Position numbers and translations under genes: made by a program
Assembly (NCBI GenBank): GCA_028694155.1
Contig: JAQUTY010000008.1
Location: forward strand, 14,609 to 78,608
Source: Eubacteriales bacterium
Lineage (GTDB): Bacteria; Bacillota; Clostridia; Christensenellales; CAG-138
Length of the DNA: 64,000 nt
Reading direction: 5' to 3'
Notes under the pieces: generated by a model
The model's database searches: none
Seen by the model: the letters and a program-made list of their open reading frames with translations, nothing else
Told to the model about the DNA's origin: nothing
Part shown: in pieces, positions 9,739 to 20,386 of the stretch
How the letters are laid out: the number at the start of each line of letters is the position of its first letter
Position numbering within the stretch: position 1 is the stretch's first letter

Positions 9739-11122
9739 ACAAACCGACCTGATGGGCAATGCGCCCGTGGCAAAGGCAATACTCAAAATGTCTATTCCCG
9801 TTGTGTGCGGAATGATGGTGCAGGTGCTGTATAACCTTGTGGACACCTATTTTATAGGCAAGCTGAATGATTCTAACCAGCTTGCTGCCGCAAACATTAC
9901 CGCACCAATTTTTATGCTGATGATGGCAATAGCAACCATCGTAAGCACGGGTGCGGCATCGTACATCTCACGATGCCTTGGCATGAAGGACGGCAAATCT
10001 GCCGGCAGAACCCTATCGACAGGCGTTGCAATATCTGTGGGACTTGCGCTGCTTGTAATGACCTTAGGGCTGATATTTCTAAAGCCCTTTATCGTGCTGC
10101 TGGGCGCAACGGAAAGCATCTATCCCTACGCATTTCAATATGCGTCCATCATGTTTATAGGCACGTTGCCTGTCATGCTGAGTTATACAGGGGGACAGCT
10201 TGTACGCAGCGAGGGGGCAGTTATGCCCTCCATCATCGGAATGTTTATTGGCACGCTTATCAATGTTGTGCTTGACCCGATATTCATTTTTGCACTGGAC
10301 ATGGGCATTCAAGGAGCTGCAATCGCCACCGTTTTGGGCAATGTGGGAGCAGTGGCGTTTTATATTCGATACTATCTGTCAAAAAAGTCGCTCGTCAGAT
10401 TCAGCATCAAGGATATATGTGCTCAAAAGCGAATTTGGAAGGAGACCTTTGCAATCGGTATTCCTGCGGCGCTGAGCCAATTTCTGATGAGTATTGCTCT
10501 GATTATCTGCAATAATCTAGCCAAGCCCTACGGAGAGGATGCAATCGCCGGAATGGGGGTCGCCGCCAAACTCATGTACATAGGAACCTTCATCTTTATG
10601 GGATTTGCGGCAGGTTGTCAGCCGCTGATAGGCTACAACTACGGCGGAAACAACATTCATCGTGTCAAATCCATCATAAAAACAGGTGCGCTGATGACGG
10701 GGGCTATCGGCATTGCGCTCACGTTGCTGTTTGGCATCTTCACCCGTGGATTAGTCTCTATATTCACGCCCTTGCAGCCTGTAATTTCGGCAGGTGTTAC
10801 CGTTCTTGGAATCTACAAGTGGTCGTTTTTGGTGCTTGGGCCGCAAATGCTTGCGTCCACCACAATTCAGGCATTTGGAAAAGGAACGGCATCGCTGCTT
10901 CTTTCCATCGCAAGACAGGGGCTATTCTATATTCCGCTTCTGCTCTTGCTCAACAGTGCCTTCTCATTCCAAGGTTTGTTGTGGGCGCAGCCGGCAGCAG
11001 ACGCAATCACACTTGCGCTAGGCACGATTCTGCTATTAGTTATTCTCAAAAAAGCTCTGCACACAGCGGATTCTCAGCCTGTAATTGTAACCGATATGGC
11101 AACTGAAGCCGAGCCCAATTAA
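9725..11122 (+). CDS. MATE family efflux transporter (MepA-like)
   Basis: LYNLVDTYFIG, NVVLDPIFIF, GIQGAAIAT, IGYNYG motifs. Confidence 0.93.
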   Translation: MISNKQTDLMGNAPVAKAILKMSIPVVCGMMVQVLYNLVDTYFIGKLNDSNQLAAANITAPIFMLMMAIATIVSTGAASYISRCLGMKDGKSAGRTLSTGVAISVGLALLVMTLGLIFLKPFIVLLGATESIYPYAFQYASIMFIGTLPVMLSYTGGQLVRSEGAVMPSIIGMFIGTLINVVLDPIFIFALDMGIQGAAIATVLGNVGAVAFYIRYYLSKKSLVRFSIKDICAQKRIWKETFAIGIPAALSQFLMSIALIICNNLAKPYGEDAIAGMGVAAKLMYIGTFIFMGFAAGCQPLIGYNYGGNNIHRVKSIIKTGALMTGAIGIALTLLFGIFTRGLVSIFTPLQPVISAGVTVLGIYKWSFLVLGPQMLASTTIQAFGKGTASLLLSIARQGLFYIPLLLLLNSAFSFQGLLWAQPAADAITLALGTILLLVILKKALHTADSQPVIVTDMATEAEPN

Positions 11123-11145
11123 TACCAAACCTTTTTTGACATACT

Positions 11146-11173
11146 AAAAGGGCAGCCGTTTGGCTGCCCTTTG
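11146..11173. terminator. Bidirectional terminator between convergent genes
   Basis: AAAGGGCAGCC-GTTT-GGCTGCCCTTT. Confidence 0.8.
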
Positions 11174-11177
11174 TTGT

Positions 11178-12035
11178 TTACTTTCTGACAAGAGGAATCC
11201 ATATTTGGCTATAATATTTTTCGTCCTGAGTGCCGTCTTTATAATCGCTGGGGCAAGAATAGAACTCAACGTTATAGCCGCCGCCGAGTTGGTAGTCCTT
11301 GCAGTTTGGCAGCCACTCGGAAAATATCTTTGAATTCACATTCTGCAAGGCCTTTGGCATGGGCCCTACACAGGGAAATATCGCCCAAGTGTGCTTTGGT
11401 ATCTCAAAGACCTTGAATTGCTCAGGCAATTTTCTGTCCTCCCGATAATCGTCTGCAATGAGGTATTCAAACTCCTTGTTCGATTCGTTCGATTCAATAC
11501 ACACACCGTACATTCCGCTGATGTACTTGCCGTATCCGCGCTGATAATGCTGCGTCCAAAACTCAGGTATCTCGTGATAGGACGATTCCATGTTGAACAT
11601 CTTTGACGACCCAATCACCTTAAATGCTTCCTTTTCCACAATCTTGTAGTCCATAATAAATCCACCTTCCAAAATAATTTTGAGTTGTAACGGCGCAAAC
11701 GTCTTAATCGCTTGCCCATCTTTTCTGACTGCAGAAGGAGTCGAGCCGTGAAAGCGAGTGAATGCTTTGGTAAAGCTGTCGGGAGAATCGTATCCGTACT
11801 TCATTGCAATATCAATGATTCGTTCATCGGTTGTCAGCACATCTCGTCCTGCTGCAGACAGCCTTCGATTGCGAATATACTCTCCCACCGTGAAATCGCA
11901 CAGCAAGCTGAACGCTTTTTGAAAGTAGAACGGCGAAATCAGAGCTTGCGAGGCGACATCTTCAATCCTAAGGTCGCTCTCCAAATTATCCTCAATGTAG
12001 TTGATAGCCCTACCTATGCTTTCAATCCAGTTCAA
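11178..12035 (-). CDS. AraC family regulator with GyrI-like effector domain
   Basis: N-terminal AraC HTH (YGYDSPDSFTKAFTRFHG), C-terminal GyrI-like domain (IWIPL). Confidence 0.92.
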   Translation of the reverse strand: MNWIESIGRAINYIEDNLESDLRIEDVASQALISPFYFQKAFSLLCDFTVGEYIRNRRLSAAGRDVLTTDERIIDIAMKYGYDSPDSFTKAFTRFHGSTPSAVRKDGQAIKTFAPLQLKIILEGGFIMDYKIVEKEAFKVIGSSKMFNMESSYHEIPEFWTQHYQRGYGKYISGMYGVCIESNESNKEFEYLIADDYREDRKLPEQFKVFEIPKHTWAIFPCVGPMPKALQNVNSKIFSEWLPNCKDYQLGGGYNVEFYSCPSDYKDGTQDEKYYSQIWIPLVRK

Positions 12036-12315
12036 AGCTTCTCTCCTTGTTGCATGTGTATTGTAGCAAAAGACCCAGACTCATTCCCGATATTTTGTGC
12101 TAAGTTTTGTCCGCTTTACCACCTGTCGCCATGACAGCGACACTGTCTTTACGCTGTATTTTATCATGCCGCATTTAGTCGAGTCAACGCATATGATAAG
12201 TTATCCGCATAAAGGGCAACGCCCCACAGACAATAATCCGTGAGGCGTTGCGGGGGGGGGGATGGAAATCGCAATGTGAAAACACTGCGTAGTTCCTTTG
12301 ATTTACCCTTGCAGG

Positions 12316-13722
12316 TTATTTACCAAACTCCGATTCGAGCTGTGCAAGGGCGGTAGCTGCATCAACGCTGTTGACAAGGAAGTTGTTCATCATGTTCTTC
12401 AACTCTGACCACAGACCTGCAGATGTGTAGTTTTCGGTCACAAAGCCCGGCAGAATGAAATAGGATTCTGCTTCCTCAGTTGCGACCAAGGATGCAAAGT
12501 TGTTGTTCTCAACGCACCAGTTGTAGAAGTCTGCACTCTCGGCAACAGACTTGCGAATGGGCATGTAGCCGCTTCCACAGGCTGTCTTGAGGTTAGCTTC
12601 GTAGGAAGTCATGTACTTGATGAACAGCCAAGATGCCAAGATTTGATCTTCTGTTGCGTTCTGGTTGAGTATCTCAATGACGTGACCCTCTTGGAAAACG
12701 TAGCCGTTGCTTGCGTCATACTGAGGGATGGGTGCTGCTGCCCACTCCAAGCCGTCAACCGCCTTCTGATTGATCCAGCTCGACTCGGTGCTGACACCGA
12801 TGTACATGGGGACGATTTCGTTGGCGAACGGGCCGGAGAAGAAGTTGTCCTCGCCTGCCAGTCTCCAAATGCCCTCTGCGATGCAATCACTCCACAGCTT
12901 CATAACTTCGTTGCAGGTATCCTTGTAGTTGAACAGCAATACTTCGCCGTCTGCATTAACAAACTCTGCACCGCGCTGCTGAATCATGGTTGCAAATGCG
13001 CTGCCGGGATTGTCCCAACCAAACGCAGGCGAGCCAGTTTGTGCGGTAATCGCTCTGCAAACTTCAATCATCTCGTCCCATGTTGTGGGAGCTTCCAGAT
13101 TATACTGCTCAAAGACCTTGGTGTTGTAATACAGAACCTCTGCCTTCATGTGCAGCGGGAGACTGTACATACCCTCTACCGCATAGCTGCTGCCCTGCGC
13201 AAGGAAGGTCTCATAGAAGTCGTCAATGTCGTCAAGTCCCACTACGGGATCGTTGATGTAATCTGTCAGGTCCTGTACGCACTCTGCCTGAAGATATCCA
13301 GCGGTGAAGCTAGGTGCAGACAGCGTTACATTGGGTGCGGTGTTGGACATGATTGCACCAACTACTGCAGCATCCAAATCTTTTGCGGAGCCCTGTGCAT
13401 AAGCGTTGACCGTGATTCCTTTTTCTGCGCCAATGCCGCTGTTGAAATCGGCAATGAGCTGGTCAAGTATTGCCAGATGGGTTGCATTGGAGATGCAATG
13501 CCAGAATGTAATCTCAACAGGTCCACTCAGCTCGGTTTTTACCGTGCTGACAGGTTCTTGGGGAGCGTCGGTTACTTCTGCTTGGGGTTCCTGTGTGTTG
13601 GGGGTATCCACCTTGGGTGCCTCCGTCGTCTCTGCATCGGGCTGCGGCTCGGTCTTTCCGCCACAGGCGACCAACGCAAACACCATACAAAGTGCCATTA
13701 CTAAACAAACCAGTTTTTTCAT
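12316..13722 (-). CDS. ABC transporter substrate-binding lipoprotein (CUT1, UgpB-like)
   Basis: Lipobox LVAC; ITFWH, LYYN, PTTWDE, WLFIKYM, GYMPIRKS motifs. Confidence 0.9.
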   Translation of the reverse strand: MKKLVCLVMALCMVFALVACGGKTEPQPDAETTEAPKVDTPNTQEPQAEVTDAPQEPVSTVKTELSGPVEITFWHCISNATHLAILDQLIADFNSGIGAEKGITVNAYAQGSAKDLDAAVVGAIMSNTAPNVTLSAPSFTAGYLQAECVQDLTDYINDPVVGLDDIDDFYETFLAQGSSYAVEGMYSLPLHMKAEVLYYNTKVFEQYNLEAPTTWDEMIEVCRAITAQTGSPAFGWDNPGSAFATMIQQRGAEFVNADGEVLLFNYKDTCNEVMKLWSDCIAEGIWRLAGEDNFFSGPFANEIVPMYIGVSTESSWINQKAVDGLEWAAAPIPQYDASNGYVFQEGHVIEILNQNATEDQILASWLFIKYMTSYEANLKTACGSGYMPIRKSVAESADFYNWCVENNNFASLVATEEAESYFILPGFVTENYTSAGLWSELKNMMNNFLVNSVDAATALAQLESEFGK

Positions 13723-13778
13723 GTGTGCCTCCTCATAATTATCTCTTTATGTATCTTCAGCCTTTCGGCAGTGAAGCC

Positions 13779-15056
13779 CTAGTCCAGCAGCTGTGATATT
13801 GGTGTGCCATCACAATTTGGCATGTCAAAGCCCAGCAGCCTTGCCATTGTCGGTGCCTGATCGACAATGTTTCCGCTTTCAAGTGTAATCCTCTTGCTTG
13901 AATATGGGTTGCGCACTATAAAAGCAGGTTTCTCGCCCTTTTCGGGAAAATGTCCGTGTCCTGCGACACTTGTTCGGTAGTCGGTATTATCTACGGGCGT
14001 TTCAAGCGGAACTGTCCAGCGTGGTGAAAATGCGGTATGCCCGTCAGTCTCCACCAATAAATCGAAGTCTCCGTCCAAATGATACCTTTGCTGGGCCTGT
14101 TCTCTTGTAAGAATTTCAGCTATACCTAATCTCTCCTTGTTGTCAAGCAATAGCTGCATGATGCTTTTTGCAGAGCAGGATTGGGACGCATTCACATGTA
14201 TATAGGAGGTAAGTGATGCAGAGTGCGCATAAGCGTCCCAGTCCTGTAAGCTGCCATCGTCATTAAGTCTAATCAAGCCCGAATCGACAAAAAATCTGTT
14301 CAGCGATATTACCCTGTCAATATCCAACTGTCCATGATCACCCGTAATACAGATTATCGTATCGTCCAAAGTGCCAGCATCCTTCATGGCATCGAGCAAT
14401 CTTGCCATTCCGTCATCTAAAAACTTATAGGCAGGCGCAAGCTGATCCGAGAAAACTCCGTAGGCATGGCGAATGTGATCCATCAACACAACATGGATAA
14501 GGGTAATATCGGGTTTATACTTTCTAAGAAGGTATTCCGCCGACAAAAAGCAGAAGGAGTCGGATTCTTCATAATGCTCCTTGCCCCAGCAGGATTCAAC
14601 AAAAGGAGCAACCTCATCGAACAGACCCTCTGTGGAATTGTCCTTGATGGTCTGCTGCTGAGATTTATTGCGCTCATGCACCCATGCTCTACCCAATACC
14701 CAGTCCAAATCCATTCCGATTGTCAAAGGCCAAAAGACCGAAGCACAGGTATAGCCGTACTGCTTTGCTATCTGCGGAAAAATTGGAACCTTGACCAAAT
14801 CTGCTTTTTCCAGCCATGGAGAGAAAGCCTGTCCGGGCAGAAAATAATCGTTGCTAATGATGCCGTGCTTGTCCGGATAGCAGCCCGTGCCGATGGATAC
14901 ATGCACGGGGTGAGTCAGAGTGGGACAGATTGGCAACACGTTTTTTACTATTGACGCCTCTCCGATAATACTGCCAAACGCAGGCAACTCCTTCATTATT
15001 TCGATATCCTTGCTTATCATGGCATCAATGGATATAAGTAATAATTTTTTAGGCAT
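13779..15056 (-). CDS. Alkaline-phosphatase-superfamily nucleotide pyrophosphatase/phosphodiesterase
   Basis: LISID, PTLTHPVH..IGTG (Thr nucleophile), D..RH, GDHG, GHGH motifs. Confidence 0.88.
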   Translation of the reverse strand: MPKKLLLISIDAMISKDIEIMKELPAFGSIIGEASIVKNVLPICPTLTHPVHVSIGTGCYPDKHGIISNDYFLPGQAFSPWLEKADLVKVPIFPQIAKQYGYTCASVFWPLTIGMDLDWVLGRAWVHERNKSQQQTIKDNSTEGLFDEVAPFVESCWGKEHYEESDSFCFLSAEYLLRKYKPDITLIHVVLMDHIRHAYGVFSDQLAPAYKFLDDGMARLLDAMKDAGTLDDTIICITGDHGQLDIDRVISLNRFFVDSGLIRLNDDGSLQDWDAYAHSASLTSYIHVNASQSCSAKSIMQLLLDNKERLGIAEILTREQAQQRYHLDGDFDLLVETDGHTAFSPRWTVPLETPVDNTDYRTSVAGHGHFPEKGEKPAFIVRNPYSSKRITLESGNIVDQAPTMARLLGFDMPNCDGTPISQLLD

Positions 15057-15948
15057 ATAAACCTCCTTCAATCAGAGCAATGAGACGGTGCGTCCAATCG
15101 TTTCCGTCAACATTGACCTCGGGAATGACGGTTGCACAGTTTCTTAAAAAGTGCAGCTCGTCTCTGCCGTGCTCCTGTCCCCAAAGGGTATGCTTGTCAA
15201 ACACATAGCTTGGAAACTCCAGTTTTGCAGGCGGGCAAGCCTCACCTTCGGTCATGCTGTGCTCTTTTAGGCACAAGCCCGTACCATTTTTCAGGCAGCA
15301 CAGATAACGGATAGCGTGGGTGAAATACATTGGGTGGATTCCGCTGTCCTTGTAATTTTCGCTTCTCATTCTGTTGAGCGTTTCCACCAGAATTGCTGCA
15401 TTGGGCTCAAATGCCAGCTTGCACTTTGCAAAGTTTAGCAAGCACTCCCATATGCCCTGATAGTATTGGCTTCCCTTGTTGGCTATTGCATATGCAGTCA
15501 AGGCTGCCTGCTCGGCATCACCGTCAATCAATCGTGCATACAACTGCTCCACGTTAGCCTGAGCATTGCTGCTTTGGAATATCGTTCGTATAAGTTGCGC
15601 CAAGATGCAGGAGCCTCGCTCCTTGTTGCAGCCGCAAAGGTCAATAATTGCTTCATAGTACAATGCTTTTTGGGCGTCTGCATCGTTGTTGCTGCCAATA
15701 TGCTGCTGATATTTGTCGTATGTGCGGACGCTTGCCATTGGGTCGCCCAAGCCGATGTCCTCTACGCTTATGACCATCAAGCGACTCCACATATATTCAA
15801 ACAACTCCCCATTGGACAGAGCAAGCTCGTTAGCACATGCAAGCGCTCTGGGTATGTCGGCACGACGGACAAATTTTTGCAGCCCAGAAATAACCACGTC
15901 ACACGCAAATCCATTTATTGTTTTTATGTCGGAATAAATTATATCCAT
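15049..15948 (-). CDS. Protein resembling a stand-alone RarA/MgsA C-terminal domain, function unknown
   Basis: ISGLQKFVRR and ISVEDIGLGDP motifs, C-terminal DKHT; no Walker A. Confidence 0.6.
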   Translation of the reverse strand: MDIIYSDIKTINGFACDVVISGLQKFVRRADIPRALACANELALSNGELFEYMWSRLMVISVEDIGLGDPMASVRTYDKYQQHIGSNNDADAQKALYYEAIIDLCGCNKERGSCILAQLIRTIFQSSNAQANVEQLYARLIDGDAEQAALTAYAIANKGSQYYQGIWECLLNFAKCKLAFEPNAAILVETLNRMRSENYKDSGIHPMYFTHAIRYLCCLKNGTGLCLKEHSMTEGEACPPAKLEFPSYVFDKHTLWGQEHGRDELHFLRNCATVIPEVNVDGNDWTHRLIALIEGGLYA

Positions 15949-17228
15949 TTACTATCCTCGCAAAGCTCCTTTATACATTCTCCATCGCAATCACTCATAG
16001 GTATTCCCATCAGTTTTGCAAGCGTAGGTGCCTGATCAATGATGCGCCCTCGTTGCAGCTCGATTCTTCTTGAAGCGAAGGGATTATACAGAATGAAGCA
16101 GGGCTGCGGCCCCACGGTAGGCAGATGCCCGTGCGTTGCAACGCTGTACCGATAGTCCTCATCGCCCGTGCGCCCCACAAGCGGCGCATTGTAATCGGAC
16201 GAAAACGCCGTATGCCCATCTGTCTCAACAACGAACGAAAAGCCTCCGCGCAGGTGATATTCGTTCTCCGCCTGCTCTGCGGTAAACACCCGTGAGATGC
16301 CCAGAGCCGCACTGTTCCTATCGAGCAGCGAATAAACTCTCTCTGCCACGCTTGAATCAGACAGATATATCTGAGCAGAAAGCGCACAGGTATGCGCATA
16401 CGCCTGCCAAGTGTCCAACTCACCATTGTCCTTGAGGCAGAGAAGCCCATTATCTTTAAAGAATCGATTGAGCGACACTACACGCTCAACGGGCAGATGA
16501 CCGTGGTCGCTGGTTATGTTGACGATGGTCTTGTCAAGCAAGCCCTCCTGCTCAAGCGTATCCCAAAGAACCTTTAGCTCTATATCCAAGAATTGATAGG
16601 CTTGCTCGATGTGTTCACCGTACACGCCCTTTTGATGTCTCATGTGATCCACCAAAATCAGGTGTACATACATGACGTCGGGCTTATGCTCTTTGTACAG
16701 ATACGCTGCTGCACGGCAGCTAAATCTGTCAGATGCTTCAAAATGCGGCAGCTCATCCCAGCACTTCCCGGTAAACGGCTCCACCTCATCGACCAAGCCC
16801 TCCGTGGATGATGCTCGCATTGCCTCGCCCTTTTGCTCCAAAGGCACACGAATCCCTGCCCTGTGCAGCACATAAGTCATATCCGCACCTACGGTCAGCG
16901 GCCAGCAAACCGAAGCGGTGGTATAGCCCATGGACTTACATAAATCAGGCAAGGTTGCAACCTTCAAATCCGAAGCCTTGTCATACCAAGGGGCATGCAA
17001 GTTGCCGGGAATAAAGCGTTCGTTACTGATTACTCCGTGTCTGTCGGGGTAACAGCCGGTTATGATGCTCGAATGAATCGAATGGGTCAGGGTAGGATAA
17101 GTGGAGGTCATTTCCCAAACCACGGAAGAGCGTCCCAATATATCGCCCAGCGTATCGAGCTTGGCAATAATCCTAAGGTCGTCCTCAATCATGGAGTCTA
17201 TGGAAATAACTAATAACCGTCTATCCAT
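15939..17228 (-). CDS. Second nucleotide pyrophosphatase/phosphodiesterase paralog
   Basis: ISID, YPTLTHSIH..ITG, SDHG, THGH; clearly paralogous to 13779-15056. Confidence 0.88.
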   Translation of the reverse strand: MDRRLLVISIDSMIEDDLRIIAKLDTLGDILGRSSVVWEMTSTYPTLTHSIHSSIITGCYPDRHGVISNERFIPGNLHAPWYDKASDLKVATLPDLCKSMGYTTASVCWPLTVGADMTYVLHRAGIRVPLEQKGEAMRASSTEGLVDEVEPFTGKCWDELPHFEASDRFSCRAAAYLYKEHKPDVMYVHLILVDHMRHQKGVYGEHIEQAYQFLDIELKVLWDTLEQEGLLDKTIVNITSDHGHLPVERVVSLNRFFKDNGLLCLKDNGELDTWQAYAHTCALSAQIYLSDSSVAERVYSLLDRNSAALGISRVFTAEQAENEYHLRGGFSFVVETDGHTAFSSDYNAPLVGRTGDEDYRYSVATHGHLPTVGPQPCFILYNPFASRRIELQRGRIIDQAPTLAKLMGIPMSDCDGECIKELCEDSKWI

Positions 17229-17231
17229 GGC

Positions 17232-18077
17232 TTATCCCTTAATTCCGCCCTTGGCGACACCCGACACAATCTTTTTGCGGAAGATAATGTAGAATATGAC
17301 CATCGGTAAAAGCACAATAGTAGTACCGGCCATCTGAAGATGCACTTCAGAGCTTACCGAGTAATTAAACTGCATCAAGCCGATGGACAGAACTCTGTGC
17401 GCATCGGTGTTTGTAACCATCAGCGGCCAAACAAAGGAATTCCAATAGCTTATAAAGGATAGAATGGCTATTGTGGATACGGCGTTCTTGCTCATGGGAA
17501 CCATGACCTTCCAAAGGTATCCCCATGTACCGCACCCATCTACCTTTGCTGCCCTAAATAGGCTGGAAGGAACCTGCATGAAGTATTCCCTCAGCATGAA
17601 GATGTAAAAGCCATTGGCAAGGGTAGGAATGATGATGCCTCTAAACGAGTCTATCCACCCCAACTTTGTAACCGTAACGTAATTTTGAATTATCAGCAGC
17701 TCGGAGGGAATCATCATGGTTGCCAAATACAGCATGAAGATGATCTTCTTTCCGGGAAAGCTGAATATTGTAAATGCGTAAGCCGACAGAATGGAGATCA
17801 ATACCAACAGCGTTGTTCCCACTACTGCAATAATCAGGGTGTTGCGGAAATAGAGCAGCCATGGAGCAACTCCCCATGCCTGAACATAGTTGCCCCATTG
17901 TGCATTTGCAGGCAACAGGGTAGGAGGTATGGATATCGACTCCGCACCCGTTTTAAGTGACGTGGACAGCATCCACAAAAAGGGAACGAACACAAAGAGT
18001 GCGCCAATGATTAGCAGCAAATACTTGACCGCCTTGAGCATTCTGTCTAGCATTTTGAATTTCTCAAAAGAGCCCAT
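17232..18077 (-). CDS. Carbohydrate ABC transporter permease (MalG/UgpE-like)
   Basis: PFLWMLSTSLK, EAA-like loop AAKVDG, WNSFVWP. Confidence 0.9.
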   Translation of the reverse strand: MGSFEKFKMLDRMLKAVKYLLLIIGALFVFVPFLWMLSTSLKTGAESISIPPTLLPANAQWGNYVQAWGVAPWLLYFRNTLIIAVVGTTLLVLISILSAYAFTIFSFPGKKIIFMLYLATMMIPSELLIIQNYVTVTKLGWIDSFRGIIIPTLANGFYIFMLREYFMQVPSSLFRAAKVDGCGTWGYLWKVMVPMSKNAVSTIAILSFISYWNSFVWPLMVTNTDAHRVLSIGLMQFNYSVSSEVHLQMAGTTIVLLPMVIFYIIFRKKIVSGVAKGGIKG

Positions 18078-18091
18078 TCTCGCACCCCTCT

Positions 18092-19045
18092 CTAAACATA
18101 ATAAACGAAACGCTTTGAAATAATCTTCTGAATTGCGGTCAATCCGATGACAATAATCAGGAAGATCAGTGCGGCAGCGGCGGCATAATGCACCTGTCCC
18201 TTTGTGAAGAACATATTATATATGTAGAATATCACGGTGATCGCCGAGTTGCCCGGTCCTGCGGCATCGCTGCCATAGAGGGCGACAATCTCGCTGTATG
18301 TCTTAAATGCGTGGATGACCGAAATCATTGTGACCATCCATATCGTAGGCGACAAAAGCGGCATGGTAATCTTGCTGAACACACGCAGACGTCCTGTGCC
18401 ATCGACCTTTGCGGCTTGGTAATATTGCTTGTCAATCTTCTGCAACCCTGCCAAGAAAAGAATGACCTTCAATGCAAGTCCGTTCCAGATGGTGAACAGC
18501 GTAACGGACAGCACCACATATTTAGGGTCGGTGAGCCAATGAACGGCGTCCGCACCGAATATCTTGATAAATAGATTGATGTAGCCGTAGTCGGAATGGA
18601 AAAGCCACTTGAATACGATTCCCACCGCATAAATAGAAGTTACATAGGGCAGGAAATAGGCGCATTGGAAAAAGCCTTTGCCCTTTGTCAGCGAATTGAT
18701 AAGTATTGCAATGAGCAAAGCCAGTCCCACTGTTATGGGTACTCCGATAAACACTATAAAGCAGGTGTTCTTTAGCGCAAGCTGATAAACCGGATCGGCA
18801 AGCACATGTTTAATCGAGCTTAGCCCAAAGCCCGTTCCGGTACTTGTTATGTAGACGTACCTTTCAAAGAAGCCCATGCGGAGAATCTTTATCAACGGGT
18901 AGAACAGAAAAGCCACCAAAACGATGACGGCAGGAAGCAAATAAAGATATGCCTTGGGACTGCGTACGGAGATTTGACCGTTCTCAATGACGACCTTTGA
19001 CCGTTTCCCCTTGATGCTTCTTTTTTGCTTTAACTTAGACAGCAT
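18092..19045 (-). CDS. Carbohydrate ABC transporter permease (MalF/UgpA-like)
   Basis: FLAGLQKID...AAKVDG, ITMPLLSP motifs. Confidence 0.9.
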   Translation of the reverse strand: MLSKLKQKRSIKGKRSKVVIENGQISVRSPKAYLYLLPAVIVLVAFLFYPLIKILRMGFFERYVYITSTGTGFGLSSIKHVLADPVYQLALKNTCFIVFIGVPITVGLALLIAILINSLTKGKGFFQCAYFLPYVTSIYAVGIVFKWLFHSDYGYINLFIKIFGADAVHWLTDPKYVVLSVTLFTIWNGLALKVILFLAGLQKIDKQYYQAAKVDGTGRLRVFSKITMPLLSPTIWMVTMISVIHAFKTYSEIVALYGSDAAGPGNSAITVIFYIYNMFFTKGQVHYAAAAALIFLIIVIGLTAIQKIISKRFVYYV

Positions 19046-19842
19046 ATATCTCACCACCATTATCAACTCGGTTGCCCGTTTGTGGATCGAAGAGATAAAC
19101 AGTATTGGCTGTGAGTGTGAGCTCAAGCTCATCATCTATATGCAGCGGAAGAAAACCATCCAAAATAGCACGAGCCTTGTTGCCGAAAATATCGAAGTTG
19201 ACCAGCTGTTCACGACCTCTGATCTCCAAGTTCTTTACGGTGACCCTTACGCCCTTGCCCTGCTTCCAAGACTCGGGTCTGATGCCCATAATGAGCTCTC
19301 CGTTTAGGGATTCCTTGACACGGTATCTCAATCCGTTGCCCATAGGCACGATGCCGTCCTCCGCCTGAACCGTAAAGAAATCAATAGGCGGATTGCCCAA
19401 AAATGCGGCAACAAACTTATTTTCGGGATTGCAATACATTTCATATGGAGAACAGACCTGCTGAACGACGCCCTTTTTCATCAGCACTATCTGATCGGTG
19501 ATGCTCATTGCTTCTTCCTGATCGTGGGTGACAAAAACGGTAGTAACGCCCGTTCTTATCTGTATCCCACGAATCTCCTCACGCAGCTCCAGTCGCAGTC
19601 TTGCGTCCAGATTGGATAGAGGTTCGTCCAGCAAAAGAACCTTGGGAGACTTTATAAGCGCACGGGCAATAGCCACACGCTGCTGCTGTCCGCCAGAAAG
19701 CTGTGAGGGTCTGCGCTTGAGCAAGTCCTCAATTTGAACAAAGCGCGCCATCTCTGCCGCCTTTTGACAGGCAATCTTGCGCTTGATTTTTGCGTTTCTA
19801 AGGGGAAAAATAATGTTTTGCTCTACGGTCATGTGAGGATAG
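19035..19842 (-). pseudogene. 3' part of ABC ATPase (MalK/UgpC/MsmX-like) interrupted by the prophage
   Basis: YPHMTVEQN, LSGGQQQRVA signature, LLLDEPLSNLD Walker B; lacks Walker A, which lies at 49834-50092. Confidence 0.95.
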
Positions 19843-19848
19843 TGTAGC

Positions 19849-19892
19849 GGCGCACGAACCGTGTCAATTTTGGCGCACGAATCGTGTCAATT
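19849..19892 (+). repeat. Left-end tandem transposase-binding repeats
   Basis: GGCGCACGAACCGTGTCAATTT T followed by GGCGCACGAATCGTGTCAATTTT (22-bp period). Confidence 0.85.
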
Positions 19893-19923
19893 TTGAAGCG
19901 CGATTTAACTGCATAAATATAAC

Positions 19924-19955
19924 AAAAGCGGCGAGGGGTTAATCTCGCCGCTTTT
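19924..19955. terminator. Terminator at end of phage late operon
   Basis: AAAAGCGGCGAG-loop-CTCGCCGCTTTT. Confidence 0.8.
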
Positions 19956-19976
19956 GTGTGGGGAAGAGCTCTAAAT

Positions 19977-20351
19977 TTACTTAGGAATAGTAAGTGCGTC
20001 GTAGCCGCCGTTGGCTGCTAAAGCGACGATAAACGCATTAAAAGCGCACAGTATAATCGTCGACCAGTTGAATCCTGCTGTGAATATGGTGGCAGCTATA
20101 AGGATAATAAGTGCGATGATGTACGAGAATATGCGGGTCGGAATGCGGCGTATAAACGGTACCTCTTTTAGAACTTGCGTAATAATCAGCGTAAGCATCA
20201 GCGCACCGGCATAGGTTGCGAGCTGCGCCCATGTGGTAAAAAAAGCATCCTCCAAGACAGGGGCTGATGCCTCTTCCGTGGTAGCCAGTGCCGCTGCCGG
20301 CATTGCAAGAATCAGCAGCAGCGTGAGCAGAATAATCAGTATTTTCTTCAT
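19977..20351 (-). CDS. Putative holin
   Basis: Small multi-TM protein after endolysin; ITQVLKE...IPT, AANGGYD motifs typical of Clostridial phage holins. Confidence 0.7.
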   Translation of the reverse strand: MKKILIILLTLLLILAMPAAALATTEEASAPVLEDAFFTTWAQLATYAGALMLTLIITQVLKEVPFIRRIPTRIFSYIIALIILIAATIFTAGFNWSTIILCAFNAFIVALAANGGYDALTIPK

Positions 20352-20386
20352 ATTATATCTCCTTTTTCTAGGCGATGGTCGCCACC

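Noticed and set aside
12252..12261. Poly-G tract as a phase-variation switch
   Set aside because: Intergenic, next to a terminator-like hairpin downstream of the SBP gene, not in a coding region or an evident promoter
12643..13704. Long antisense ORFs (353 aa here; also 26544-27485, 33487-34182, 58318-59061)
   Set aside because: Shadows of well-supported genes on the opposite strand, with no motifs or RBS
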